A DNA stretch of 64,000 bases from positions 3,414 through 67,413 of the forward strand of contig AP024681.1 of NCBI GenBank assembly GCA_025999335.1, given 5' to 3'. The position numbers and the translations under genes were made by a program. Shown here in pieces: positions 48,043 to 57,697 of the stretch; position 1 is the first letter of the stretch; the number at the start of each line of letters is the position of its first letter. The stretch is from Candidatus Parcubacteria bacterium. GTDB lineage: Bacteria; Patescibacteriota; Minisyncoccia; UBA6257; HR35. Under the pieces are notes generated by a model that was not told the origin of the DNA, ran no database searches, and saw only the letters and a program-made list of their open reading frames with translations.

Positions 48043-49770
48043 TTAAGGATAAAGAATGACATTAATAATTTTATAATTCGAATCTACATCAATGTTTTGA
48101 TTATATATTTGATAACCGCTTTTTTCTACCTGTAAATTATAAGTACCATTTGCTAAATTTTGGAATAAAGCATAACCATCTAAAAGGCATAAAGAATCAA
48201 AATAAATTTTTATTTCGTTAACCAAAGGTGCAACATTAGGATCAGTAGTTTGTAAAAAAATTTTATATCTAAAGTATCTTTGAGAATTAAAGGTATTAGG
48301 CATAACAAACATACTATCGTAAAAATAACTATTTTCAGAACCATCAGGACCAATAAAATTCCAAGTAGCATTATCATTATTAGCAGCTATTTGATATTTA
48401 ATTACTGTTCCTGGTGGCATTGTTCCATCCCACATAAAAATATGATAATTAACAGATGTTGTGCCAAAATCAATTGTATTAGAAATTAACCATTCTGTTG
48501 CTGTTGAATAACCGTTACCTAAATTCTTTAAAGTAATTTTACCGCTAGCATTAATATCAATACCACTGCTAATCGCACTAAAATTATTTAACCAATTGTT
48601 ATTGAAAATATAATCGCCACCCGTAAAATTAATCATTGTTATGCTATTCTGCGTTAAAGTAACGGTTGCCTTATTAAGAGGATTTTGATTTTGATCAACA
48701 ACTTTAATTATCAAATTATTAGGTAAATTATCAGCAAGACCACTTTTAAAAACATAATTCCCTCCAGGATTAATTGCTATTTTATTCAACCAATCAAAAT
48801 TAGCGCCTCTTATAATATAATTAGAAGTTCCTAAATCGAATTTGTAACTATCCCATTCTAAATTTAAATTTTTATAACCAAAATTATCAGTAGTAGTTAC
48901 AATATCTGTCTTAATAACATCGGGATTTCTAGCAATTAATTTATCGCCTCTAAGACGGAATGGTAAATTAGCACTGCTAGTGCCACATAATTTATCAGAA
49001 AAATAAAAATTAGTGTTACTTAATCTATCAATTTGCAAAGTCAATTCTGTTAATTGATTAGAAGCAACGGTCTGATGTGGCAAAATAGGATTAGTAATAT
49101 CATTAGGAGAATAAGTTTGATCAACAGAATATCCATCTTTAGTAGTTGTCACGGCATAGGCATTTAAACCTGGAGGTACGTCAACTAAAGGAAGCACACC
49201 ATCAACGCTTGATTTATCATTAACCACAAAAGGCGAAGAAGAAATAAAAGTAACCTTAATATCAGCATTAGCAACAGGCATACCGTAAGCATCTATAACT
49301 TTAACAAATAAAGATCCGTTATTAGTTGATACTTCTAAAGCTTTGGGAGCAATAATTGTCGTTAAACTTTGTTTATTAAATTTGTAAAAACAATTTAGAC
49401 ATTCGCCTTCTATTTCTATTAATTTATAATCAGCCGGCGCAGAATCGCGCGGCGTCGAAGTAACAGTGCCATCACGCGGATCATCAATATTGCGCACGAA
49501 AAATTTAAGCCTAAAATTTACATTATTAACAGAAACTATTTTTTCTGCCGGTAAATTGCCAGGCGGAAAACCTCCTTGAATACCAATATTTTCATAATTC
49601 ATAACCTTTATTCTTTCTATTTCGTTTTGCATAATTCTATACAATTGCGATATTAACTTACTATTCAAAAAAGATTTATTTAAATTAATAAGCGTACCAA
49701 AAATTAAACCGCTTACAATTCCTAAAAGAATCACTGCTAATAAAATTTCAATAAGAGCGAAACCTTTCAT
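48043..49770 (-). CDS. Large minor pilin (PilV-like) with carboxypeptidase-regulatory-like beta domains
   Basis: MKGFALIE start at 49770; VKVIDAYGMPVANA and LANGTYNLQVEKSGY domains. Confidence 0.75.
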   Translation of the reverse strand: MKGFALIEILLAVILLGIVSGLIFGTLINLNKSFLNSKLISQLYRIMQNEIERIKVMNYENIGIQGGFPPGNLPAEKIVSVNNVNFRLKFFVRNIDDPRDGTVTSTPRDSAPADYKLIEIEGECLNCFYKFNKQSLTTIIAPKALEVSTNNGSLFVKVIDAYGMPVANADIKVTFISSSPFVVNDKSSVDGVLPLVDVPPGLNAYAVTTTKDGYSVDQTYSPNDITNPILPHQTVASNQLTELTLQIDRLSNTNFYFSDKLCGTSSANLPFRLRGDKLIARNPDVIKTDIVTTTDNFGYKNLNLEWDSYKFDLGTSNYIIRGANFDWLNKIAINPGGNYVFKSGLADNLPNNLIIKVVDQNQNPLNKATVTLTQNSITMINFTGGDYIFNNNWLNNFSAISSGIDINASGKITLKNLGNGYSTATEWLISNTIDFGTTSVNYHIFMWDGTMPPGTVIKYQIAANNDNATWNFIGPDGSENSYFYDSMFVMPNTFNSQRYFRYKIFLQTTDPNVAPLVNEIKIYFDSLCLLDGYALFQNLANGTYNLQVEKSGYQIYNQNIDVDSNYKIINVILYP

Positions 49771-49771
49771 C

Positions 49772-50857
49772 TTACTGCGAAATTTTATCTGATATTTCAT
49801 AAATAGGTGTAATAATAGCAATAGCCATAAAACCAACTATAGCAGCAATTGTGAATAAAATAATAGGTTCTAACATATGCAACAATCTATCTATTTCAAT
49901 CTCTATTTCTTGTTCATAATTTTGTGTTAAATAATTTAAAGTATTTGATAAATTGCCTGTTTTTTCCCCAATATTTATCATCTTAATAAAATTATAAGGA
50001 AATAAGGATGTGTTTGTATTTAAAAATTCTTCCAAAGGATGTCCTTGAGCTATAAATTCGCTTGCTCGGAGAATACTTTTTTTGAAAACTTCATTGCTTA
50101 AAGTCTCGCTTGTTAATTGTAAAGCTTCAACAATAGGCATACCACTATTTAAAAGAAGTCCAAAAGTTCTACATAAAGAAGCTAAGTTAAATTTTTTTAC
50201 TATTTTTCCTAAAATTGGCAAATGCAAGATAAAAATATGGAAACCATAACGAATTTTATAAAATTTTTTTACTAAAAATATCATCAAAATAACCATTGCT
50301 ATCATAGCAATTAGCAAATATAAACCGTAATTCAAAATAAAAGTACTTACTTGAAAAAAAATTCTTGTCATTAAAGGCAATTCAATATTTAAACTTTCAA
50401 ACATTGGCAATAAACGAGGAAAAAGAAAATAAATAATAATAATGATAATAACAAACATTATGCCTATGATAAAAGCAGGATAAATCATAGCATTAATGAT
50501 CTTGCTTTTTAACCTATCTGCTTTTTCTAATTCTATAGCCAATTTATCGCAATTTTCTACTAACTTTCCGCTTACTTCACCAATTCTTATTAATGATATA
50601 AAAAAATTGCCTAATTGTTTTGAAAATTTAGCAAGAGAATTATATAAAAACTGTCCCTTGTCAACATCACTGATAATATTATTAATAAGAAATTTTAAAG
50701 ATTTAGATTCTGAACTTTCTTTTAAAATAACTAACGACTCTGATAAACTAATACCACTTTTTAATAACAAAGCTAAATTACGAGAGAAAAATATTCTATC
50801 CTTATTTTTAATTCTAAAAAAAAATGGTTTTTTAATAGAGTTTAAATCTTTATTCAT
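49772..50857 (-). CDS. pilC: Type IV pilus platform protein (PilC/GspF family)
   Basis: LLKSGISL, IGEVSGKL, AMIYP and IGEKTGNL motifs. Confidence 0.92.
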   Translation of the reverse strand: MNKDLNSIKKPFFFRIKNKDRIFFSRNLALLLKSGISLSESLVILKESSESKSLKFLINNIISDVDKGQFLYNSLAKFSKQLGNFFISLIRIGEVSGKLVENCDKLAIELEKADRLKSKIINAMIYPAFIIGIMFVIIIIIIYFLFPRLLPMFESLNIELPLMTRIFFQVSTFILNYGLYLLIAMIAMVILMIFLVKKFYKIRYGFHIFILHLPILGKIVKKFNLASLCRTFGLLLNSGMPIVEALQLTSETLSNEVFKKSILRASEFIAQGHPLEEFLNTNTSLFPYNFIKMINIGEKTGNLSNTLNYLTQNYEQEIEIEIDRLLHMLEPIILFTIAAIVGFMAIAIITPIYEISDKISQ

Positions 50858-52094
50858 GACTAACCCTTAATACTTCTTCTATGGTTGTAATACCATCAAT
50901 AACTTTAAAAATACCATCTTCAATCATTGTGCTCATACCTGCTTTGATAGCTTCTTGTTTTAAAATATCAGAACTTACTTTTTGAAGAATTAAATTTTTG
51001 ATTGTTTCATTGATAACTAATGTTTCATAAATTCCTGTTCTACCAATATAGCCAGTTTTATTACATACTTCGCAACCTTTTCCATAAAAAACACTGGAAA
51101 CTTTTAAAAATTTCGCTTTACTTCGAGTTGGCAATAAATCAATTAAGGACTGAATTTCAACATCTTTTAAGGAACGTTCTTGCTTGCATTTATCGCATAT
51201 TTTTCTTACCAATCTTTGTCCTATAATAATATTCACAGTTGAAGTAATTAAGTATGGTTCTATACCTAATTCTATTAATCTAATAACAGCGCTTGGTGCA
51301 TCGTTAGTGTGTAGTGTCGAAAGTAATAAATGCCCAGTAAGAGCTGCATTAACGCTAATTTCTGCAGTTTCTTGATCACGAATTTCGCCTACCATAATAA
51401 TATCTGGATCTTGACGTAAAATAGTGCGCAAACCTTTGCTAAAAGTTAGATTTGTTTGTAAATTAACTTGAGTTTGGGTTATACCTTCAATAGCGTATTC
51501 AATAGGATCTTCAATGGTTATAATATGCACTCCTTCGGTATTTAAAACATTTAAAATTGTATAAAGCATTGTTGTTTTGCCTGAACCAGTTGGACCAGTA
51601 GCTAAAATCATACCATAAGGCTTTTTAATAGCTCTTTTAATTTTAGTTAAATCTTTAGATGATAAACCTAATTTATCTAAAGAGAATAAAGCACCGGGAC
51701 TAACTAATAATCTTAAAATAGCATTTTCTCCATAATAGGTAGGCATAATTGATATTCTAACGTCAAAAAACTTTTTATCTTCATAATAAAATCTAAATCT
51801 TCCATCTTGAGCAGCAAAATGTTCGTCTATCCGCAAATTAGAGATAATTTTTAAACGAGATATAACTTCATCTTGTAAAGGTTTTGCTATTTCAAAAATA
51901 TTATGGGTTATACCATCAATTCGAAATCTTACCAACAAACAACTTTCTTTAGGTTGAAAATGAATATCCGAAGCTCTTAATTGGTAAGCATAAATAATAA
52001 TATTATTAACAATATCAACAATCGATGCTTTTTCTAAAGGTTTTTTAATTTCTTCTTCTATAATATTTTTTAAATTATTTTTAGCTTCACTCAT
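50850..52094 (-). CDS. pilB: Type IV pilus assembly ATPase (PilB/GspE family)
   Basis: ASDIHF, GPTGSGKTT, TIEDPIEY, LRQDPD and LSTLHTN motifs; start placed at MSEAK. Confidence 0.93.
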   Translation of the reverse strand: MSEAKNNLKNIIEEEIKKPLEKASIVDIVNNIIIYAYQLRASDIHFQPKESCLLVRFRIDGITHNIFEIAKPLQDEVISRLKIISNLRIDEHFAAQDGRFRFYYEDKKFFDVRISIMPTYYGENAILRLLVSPGALFSLDKLGLSSKDLTKIKRAIKKPYGMILATGPTGSGKTTMLYTILNVLNTEGVHIITIEDPIEYAIEGITQTQVNLQTNLTFSKGLRTILRQDPDIIMVGEIRDQETAEISVNAALTGHLLLSTLHTNDAPSAVIRLIELGIEPYLITSTVNIIIGQRLVRKICDKCKQERSLKDVEIQSLIDLLPTRSKAKFLKVSSVFYGKGCEVCNKTGYIGRTGIYETLVINETIKNLILQKVSSDILKQEAIKAGMSTMIEDGIFKVIDGITTIEEVLRVSHE

Positions 52095-52911
52095 TGAATA
52101 TTTCTGTAGACAAACGATCAAAAATTAATTGCGGATTATGATAAAAAGATTTAAGATTCTCTCTAATAACTTGAAAAATATCATCAAATTCCGTTGGTAA
52201 TTTTTTATGACGATAAGGATTAGCCAACGATAAAATTTGTTGATTAATATAAGGATGCCATTTATTCAACTCTTTTAATTTTGCTGCTATATTTTTAATA
52301 ATATTATAAGTATCAATAACTATAGTTGCTCGTTGCTCTCTTATTTTGATTGCTTCTTCTAATTTTTCATCTAAAAACAAATCGCATTTTTTTAAAATTG
52401 GTTCAAAAATACTGCCCGCTATATTTTCGTATTGTTCATAAACTAATCCTAAAGTAACATAATAGGCTTGCTCGATTGAATCTATCAAAGCAGAATTAGA
52501 TTCCATTATTTCAGGTTGATTATCCAAATATTGACGATAAATATTAAGAGCAACATAAGCTTTTTCACGAATATTCAACTCTTTCTCAATATTAAAATTC
52601 ATCATTAAACGTGCTAATTCTTGAGGAATAATAACTGCTGGCAATTCACGAATGCCCAATTCTTTTGCAGCTAAATATCGATGCTGACCATCAACAATAG
52701 TATAATTCCCCTCGCTCTCTTCAACAACAATTACCGGAACAATAAAACCAATTCTTTCAATCGATGAAGATAAATGTTTAATATGATGCAAACTCGGTTT
52801 TCTTTGGAAAGATATTACTTGCAATCGATCAATAGGAATAATAGCAAATTCTAACTTATTCCCTAAATAAGGATCCTTAAAAATCATTTGAATATGTTTT
52901 TTTCTGATCAT
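52087..52911 (-). CDS. ParB/Sulfiredoxin N-terminal domain protein
   Basis: FQR...SIERIGFIVPVIV...IVDGQHRY motif. Confidence 0.8.
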   Translation of the reverse strand: MIRKKHIQMIFKDPYLGNKLEFAIIPIDRLQVISFQRKPSLHHIKHLSSSIERIGFIVPVIVVEESEGNYTIVDGQHRYLAAKELGIRELPAVIIPQELARLMMNFNIEKELNIREKAYVALNIYRQYLDNQPEIMESNSALIDSIEQAYYVTLGLVYEQYENIAGSIFEPILKKCDLFLDEKLEEAIKIREQRATIVIDTYNIIKNIAAKLKELNKWHPYINQQILSLANPYRHKKLPTEFDDIFQVIRENLKSFYHNPQLIFDRLSTEIFNE

Positions 52912-52917
52912 TAGAAG

Positions 52918-53004
52918 CGGAGGGGGTGGGATTCGAACCCACGAGTCCGTTATTCACGGACGCAGTTTAGCAAACTGCTGCCTTAACCACTAGGCTACCC
53001 CTCC
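52918..53004 (-). tRNA. tRNA-Ser(GCT)
   Basis: Reverse-strand cloverleaf with a long variable arm; GCAGT TTGCTAA ACTGC. Confidence 0.95.
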
Positions 53005-53074
53005 ATTTTCCCTAATCTTACTTAAATTATATCTTAAAATAAAATTTATTGCTCAAATTCATTTTTACATTTAA

Positions 53075-53437
53075 TCATAACATATCGCGAAAGTAAGGTA
53101 AAAAAATAATCAACCCAACAACTAACGCCATTAATGAAATTAAAAGAACAATCGCTGCTAAAAAATCTTTTAAATCTCTAACAACCTCGTTATAATTAGG
53201 GTGTATAAAATCAAGCAATCTCTCGAAAAAAGTATTTAATAATTCAAAACTTAAAACCAATAAAGCCATTATTAATAAAATTATTTTTTCTATTTTCGTT
53301 GTCGGTAGATAAAACATTAAAATTATTAAAAGAATAAAAAATAATAACATAAATTGAAAACTATTCTCTTCTCTGATGATTCTTTTAAAACCATGAAAAG
53401 CGTGTTTAAAACTTTTAATTATTTTACGGATGTTCAT
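53075..53437 (-). CDS. dgkA: Diacylglycerol/undecaprenol kinase family protein
   Basis: SFKHAFHG, ELLNTFFERLLD and KDFLAA motifs. Confidence 0.88.
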   Translation of the reverse strand: MNIRKIIKSFKHAFHGFKRIIREENSFQFMLLFFILLIILMFYLPTTKIEKIILLIMALLVLSFELLNTFFERLLDFIHPNYNEVVRDLKDFLAAIVLLISLMALVVGLIIFLPYFRDML

Positions 53438-55121
53438 AGCCTAATTTTTCTTTTTCTTTTAATTGCTGAAGATGATTGCTTTTTAGATTATTAAAAAATT
53501 CTTTAGAAAGATTATTTTCGTTTCTTAAAAGCATACCCAAATAATCAGCGCCTAAAAAATATGGCATCAATACATAATCGCAATTAGCTTTGTATAAATC
53601 AAAAGCATCTTTTATTCGATGAGTAGTAGCTATAAAAATTCCTTCTTTATTTTCTTTTTTATATTTTTCATTAATCATCATATTGATTGAATAATCAGGC
53701 ACAGTTGAAATAACCAGGTTAACCTTACGCCAATCAAATAAATTTAAAAATTCTATTTCGCTTGCATCACCAAAAACAACATTTATTCTTTGTTGTTGCA
53801 ATTGCTTAACTTTCGAATCATCAAAATCAATTACTAAGACTTTATACCCTTTCTCTAAAAGATATTGCAATAAACTAAAACCAGTTCTATCGCAACCTAT
53901 TAAAACAACATCATAATTCTCGACTTCGCTTTCTGTTTCTGGTTTAGGTTTACGTTCTAAAAAGAAAAAGAATTTTCTAAATAATAAATATAATTTATCA
54001 GCGTAGACAAATGAATAGCTTGATACTAAAATGGTAATAATACCTATTAAAGCCATTAAAGACATTATTTCATCAGATAACTGGTTAAAGGTTTGGCCAA
54101 TTTTTATAAGAATAAAAGAAAATTCACTAATTTGAGCTGAAGTTAAACCAAGTAAAAAACTAGTTCGCAAAGAATAACCTAAAGGCACTAAAAATAATAT
54201 CATTATTAATGGATTACCTATTAAAACAAATAAAGATAATAAAATAGCTTGCCAAACAATTTCATTCGGAATGTTATTAATAAAGACATTTGTGCCTATA
54301 AAGATAAAAAACAAAATTAAGAAAAAATCTCTAACAGGTTTTAATTTAGATGCAATTTCTACGCTTGATGTTAAAGACGATAAACTAATACCTGCTATTA
54401 AAGCCCCTGCTTCTAATCCAAATTTTAAATATTTAAATAAAGCGCCAATACCTAAACTAAATGCTAAAGAAAATAAAAATAAGAATTCTTGCGATGAATT
54501 TAAAAACCCTTCAATTTTAGGAAAAATTTTTAAAGATGCTAAAGGCACTAATAAAAGCGCTAATAAACCAAGAAAAATATTGCTACTTTTTTGTTGATAA
54601 TCAATGATATTGGGAGCATAAATAAAAGGCAAGATAAAAATAATTAAAATAGTTATTAAGTCTTGAACTAACAAAAAACCTATAGATAATTTGCCATAAG
54701 TTTTATTTAAATCACCCTTATCGTTGATTAATTTCAACATAATAATCGTACTACTAAAAGATAAAGCTAAAGAAATATAAAAGGATTCAATATTGTTAAA
54801 ACCGATTGCTTTTAATAAAACAAACCCAATAGCTACGGTTAAAATTTCTTGCAAAATACCTATAACTAACGCTGCCTTGCCTATTTCTCTTAAATTTTTT
54901 AATTTTAATTCTAATCCTACAATAAATAACAAAAAAGCAATACCAAGATCGGCAAAAACATCAATTACTTCAAGTTTTATATTAGAACTAATAAAAAAAT
55001 TACTCAAAACAACACCAGCAATAATATAAGCAATAATTAATGGCTGATTTAAAATCTTTAAAATAAAAGTTATAAAAAATGAAGTGATAAAAATAATAGC
55101 TAAATGAATAAAATCTATCAT
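53424..55121 (-). CDS. CPA2 cation:proton antiporter with TrkA-N domain (Kef-like)
   Basis: LLFIVGLEL, FSST, LLVQD and QISEFSF motifs; C-terminal Rossmann fold (GDA). Confidence 0.9.
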   Translation of the reverse strand: MIDFIHLAIIFITSFFITFILKILNQPLIIAYIIAGVVLSNFFISSNIKLEVIDVFADLGIAFLLFIVGLELKLKNLREIGKAALVIGILQEILTVAIGFVLLKAIGFNNIESFYISLALSFSSTIIMLKLINDKGDLNKTYGKLSIGFLLVQDLITILIIFILPFIYAPNIIDYQQKSSNIFLGLLALLLVPLASLKIFPKIEGFLNSSQEFLFLFSLAFSLGIGALFKYLKFGLEAGALIAGISLSSLTSSVEIASKLKPVRDFFLILFFIFIGTNVFINNIPNEIVWQAILLSLFVLIGNPLIMILFLVPLGYSLRTSFLLGLTSAQISEFSFILIKIGQTFNQLSDEIMSLMALIGIITILVSSYSFVYADKLYLLFRKFFFFLERKPKPETESEVENYDVVLIGCDRTGFSLLQYLLEKGYKVLVIDFDDSKVKQLQQQRINVVFGDASEIEFLNLFDWRKVNLVISTVPDYSINMMINEKYKKENKEGIFIATTHRIKDAFDLYKANCDYVLMPYFLGADYLGMLLRNENNLSKEFFNNLKSNHLQQLKEKEKLGYEHP

Positions 55122-55133
55122 TGTTTTATTTAC

Positions 55134-55853
55134 TTAATCGCCTACCAAAGGCACAAAACTAAACCCAAAATAAAATTCTTTATTTATTTTATCACCTGAT
55201 TTTTTAATTTTATATATGCCATTATCAGCAGGAATAACTAAAACACCATTATCGTTAAGTTGATCAAGCAATGATTGGGGAATCTTTTTAGCTGCAGCGC
55301 TAATTAAAATTCTATCAAAAGGCGCTTTTTCTGGTAATCCTTTAGAACCATCGCCTAAAAAAATCTCAACTATGCCCTTCTTTAAAAAATTATATTTTTC
55401 GATATTCCTTTTGCCGAACTCAAAAACTTCAGGAGCTATTTCAATTGCATAGACTTTTCCAGACGCGAACTCTTGCGAACCATCTCGCGAACTTGTGCGA
55501 ACTTTATCATCTTCTATTCGTGTAGGTTCGCGATTGCTATTATAGTTCGTATTTGTTCGTGTTATCTCCGCCAACAAACAAGTAGTCCAACCCGAACCAA
55601 AACCAACATCTAAAATTTTTTGTTCTTGTTTCGGCTCTAAAAGTTCCAACATAAAAGCAACCGTGTAAGGCTGGGAAATGGTTTGTTCCCTTCCAATTGG
55701 CAAAGGATAATCATTATAAGCCTCATTTAAAAATTCTTGAGGCACAAAATCTTTACGGTCAATTCTTAAGAAAGCTTTAATAATTTCCGGAGTTTTTAAT
55801 ACTTTTCTTTCTTTTAAAGATTCAACTAATTCTTTATTACTTTGATAAAACAT
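55134..55853 (-). CDS. pcm: Protein-L-isoaspartate O-methyltransferase with an in-frame ~33-aa insertion
   Basis: QTISQP, LDVGFGSGW and GDGSKGLPEKAPFDRI motifs. Confidence 0.93.
   Translation of the reverse strand: MFYQSNKELVESLKERKVLKTPEIIKAFLRIDRKDFVPQEFLNEAYNDYPLPIGREQTISQPYTVAFMLELLEPKQEQKILDVGFGSGWTTCLLAEITRTNTNYNSNREPTRIEDDKVRTSSRDGSQEFASGKVYAIEIAPEVFEFGKRNIEKYNFLKKGIVEIFLGDGSKGLPEKAPFDRILISAAAKKIPQSLLDQLNDNGVLVIPADNGIYKIKKSGDKINKEFYFGFSFVPLVGD
55464..55562 (-). repeat. Periodic palindromic element, pcm copy (99 bp, in frame)
   Basis: Four RCGAAY units, a loop, then four GTTCGC units. Confidence 0.85.
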
Positions 55854-56107
55854 TAATTAATATTAATTAATTATAAACATTAATTAATTATAAACAATTA
55901 AATCTTATGTCATCAAAATCCCTAAACTCTAACCTTTAATATTATATTATTTGATTATTTGTTTTAATTTTAAATTTGCCCAAATTTTCACGATCGTAAA
56001 TTTTTGGATACAATATTTTTGAGGGAATAATATTTTTTAATATTTTTTTAGATACAATAATTTTAAATAATTTTTAATGATCGTAATACTTAAATTTGAA
56101 CTCTTAA

Positions 56108-56884
56108 TTATTTATAATTTTTTATAATTTCTATAAAACCTAAATAAGTTTTGAAGGGATCTTCTGTATTGTAAATAGCGCTTGCCATAATAATAAAATC
56201 AGGTTCATAAGTTAAAATTTGTCTTAAATTTTGCTGATTTATACCACCATCAATCATCAATTTTTGATTTTTTTTAAGTTTTTTTTTAATAAAAGCAAGA
56301 CGATTATAAGTATCTTCTAAAAAACTCTGGCCGGCTCTTCCTGGATTAACTCCTAAAATTAATACGCCATTAACAAAATCTAAATATTTTTTAATAAAGT
56401 CAAAAGTAATTTTAGGTGACCAACCTATAAATATCTCTTTTTTTGTTTTTTTAGCTAATTTTAAAAGACCATCGGGATTAGAACTTGCCTCTAAATGCAA
56501 AATTAATCTTTTAACATTTTCTTTCGCCCACTTTAGAATTTCTTGAGGTTTTAAAGGAATCATTAGATGAATGTCAAATACTATGCGCGAACTACTACGA
56601 ACACTATTATTAATCGCGAACTTATGCGAACTCCCATCCGAACCATTGCCAACATCATTATCATCTGTTGGCATCAGTTCGCGGTTATTACCATAATTCG
56701 CATCAATTCGTGTCAATTCTAATCTATCCAAATCATTATAATTCCTCCAGGTTTCATAACCAGTAAAACTTTTTTCGGCTACATCTAAATGAAAATTTTG
56801 GGTTGAATCTTTCAAAATATTAACTTTCTCCTTAATTTCTTCAAAACTCTGAGCATTAATTGCCGGAATAATTTTTGTTTTCAT
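56108..56884 (-). CDS. rpe: Ribulose-phosphate 3-epimerase with an in-frame ~43-aa insertion
   Basis: IIPAI, HLDV, DIHLM, LGVNPGRAGQ and IDGGIN motifs. Confidence 0.9.
   Translation of the reverse strand: MKTKIIPAINAQSFEEIKEKVNILKDSTQNFHLDVAEKSFTGYETWRNYNDLDRLELTRIDANYGNNRELMPTDDNDVGNGSDGSSHKFAINNSVRSSSRIVFDIHLMIPLKPQEILKWAKENVKRLILHLEASSNPDGLLKLAKKTKKEIFIGWSPKITFDFIKKYLDFVNGVLILGVNPGRAGQSFLEDTYNRLAFIKKKLKKNQKLMIDGGINQQNLRQILTYEPDFIIMASAIYNTEDPFKTYLGFIEIIKNYK
56585..56713 (-). repeat. Periodic palindromic element, rpe copy (129 bp, in frame)
   Basis: Ungapped 67/99 identity to the pcm copy, plus two extra GTTCG units. Confidence 0.85.
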
Positions 56885-57317
56885 AATCTACTATTTTTTG
56901 AATTCTTCTTTTATATCTGGATAGGTTTTTAAATTTAGTTTTTAAAAATAGTAAAGTTAATTTTAATGCCATAACTTTATTAATAAAATCAGCCGGCAAG
57001 CATAAAACATTTATATCATCATCCTCTCGTGCTTTTCTAATAATTGCTTGACTAATGCCTAAACCAGCTCTAACGCCTTTAATTTTATTAGCAGCAACAC
57101 ATACTCCAATACCAGAACCGCAAATTAAAATTCCCCTACTACCCTTATGTTCGTTAACTTTAATACCGACTAAAAAAGAGATATCCGGATAATCATCGTT
57201 AATATCATATTGATAATTACCAACGTCTATTACTTTATATTTTTTTTTAATTAGTTTATCTTTGAGATATTTTTTTAAAGCAAAACCACGATGATCGCTG
57301 CCTATAAAAATTATCAT
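56856..57317 (-). CDS. rpiB: Ribose-5-phosphate isomerase B
   Basis: IGSDHRG, DDYPD and ICGSGIGVCVAANK motifs. Confidence 0.95.
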   Translation of the reverse strand: MIIFIGSDHRGFALKKYLKDKLIKKKYKVIDVGNYQYDINDDYPDISFLVGIKVNEHKGSRGILICGSGIGVCVAANKIKGVRAGLGISQAIIRKAREDDDINVLCLPADFINKVMALKLTLLFLKTKFKNLSRYKRRIQKIVDYENKNYSGN

Positions 57318-57697
57318 TATTTATTTAAAATTTTATCGCTTAAAAGTTCCAATAATATTTTCAAATTCATCGTTGTTTCTTCTTCGCTAGTACTATTAAT
57401 AAATTTATACCATTGTTCTAAAATTGCATTATCTTGAATATCATAAACAGCTTGATTTAATTCTAATTTAGTTTTAAAATCCGGAGCTTCTTTAGCTAAA
57501 AGAACTTTCTTAACAAATAAATTTAAAAATTCTGCAGCTTTAAAATTTAAAGGTTTTTTAACTTGAAAAGTTGCTTTTGTAGTAATATCCTGGGCAATAG
57601 AATCAATTTTTGCTTCTAATATTTTATTTTGATAAATCAAAAAAGCATTAAAAATTATTAATATAATTATTATTATAATATATACAGCTTTATTCAT
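57317..57697 (-). CDS. Hypothetical membrane-anchored protein
   Basis: N-terminal TM helix; translationally coupled to both neighbours. Confidence 0.6.
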   Translation of the reverse strand: MNKAVYIIIIIILIIFNAFLIYQNKILEAKIDSIAQDITTKATFQVKKPLNFKAAEFLNLFVKKVLLAKEAPDFKTKLELNQAVYDIQDNAILEQWYKFINSTSEEETTMNLKILLELLSDKILNK

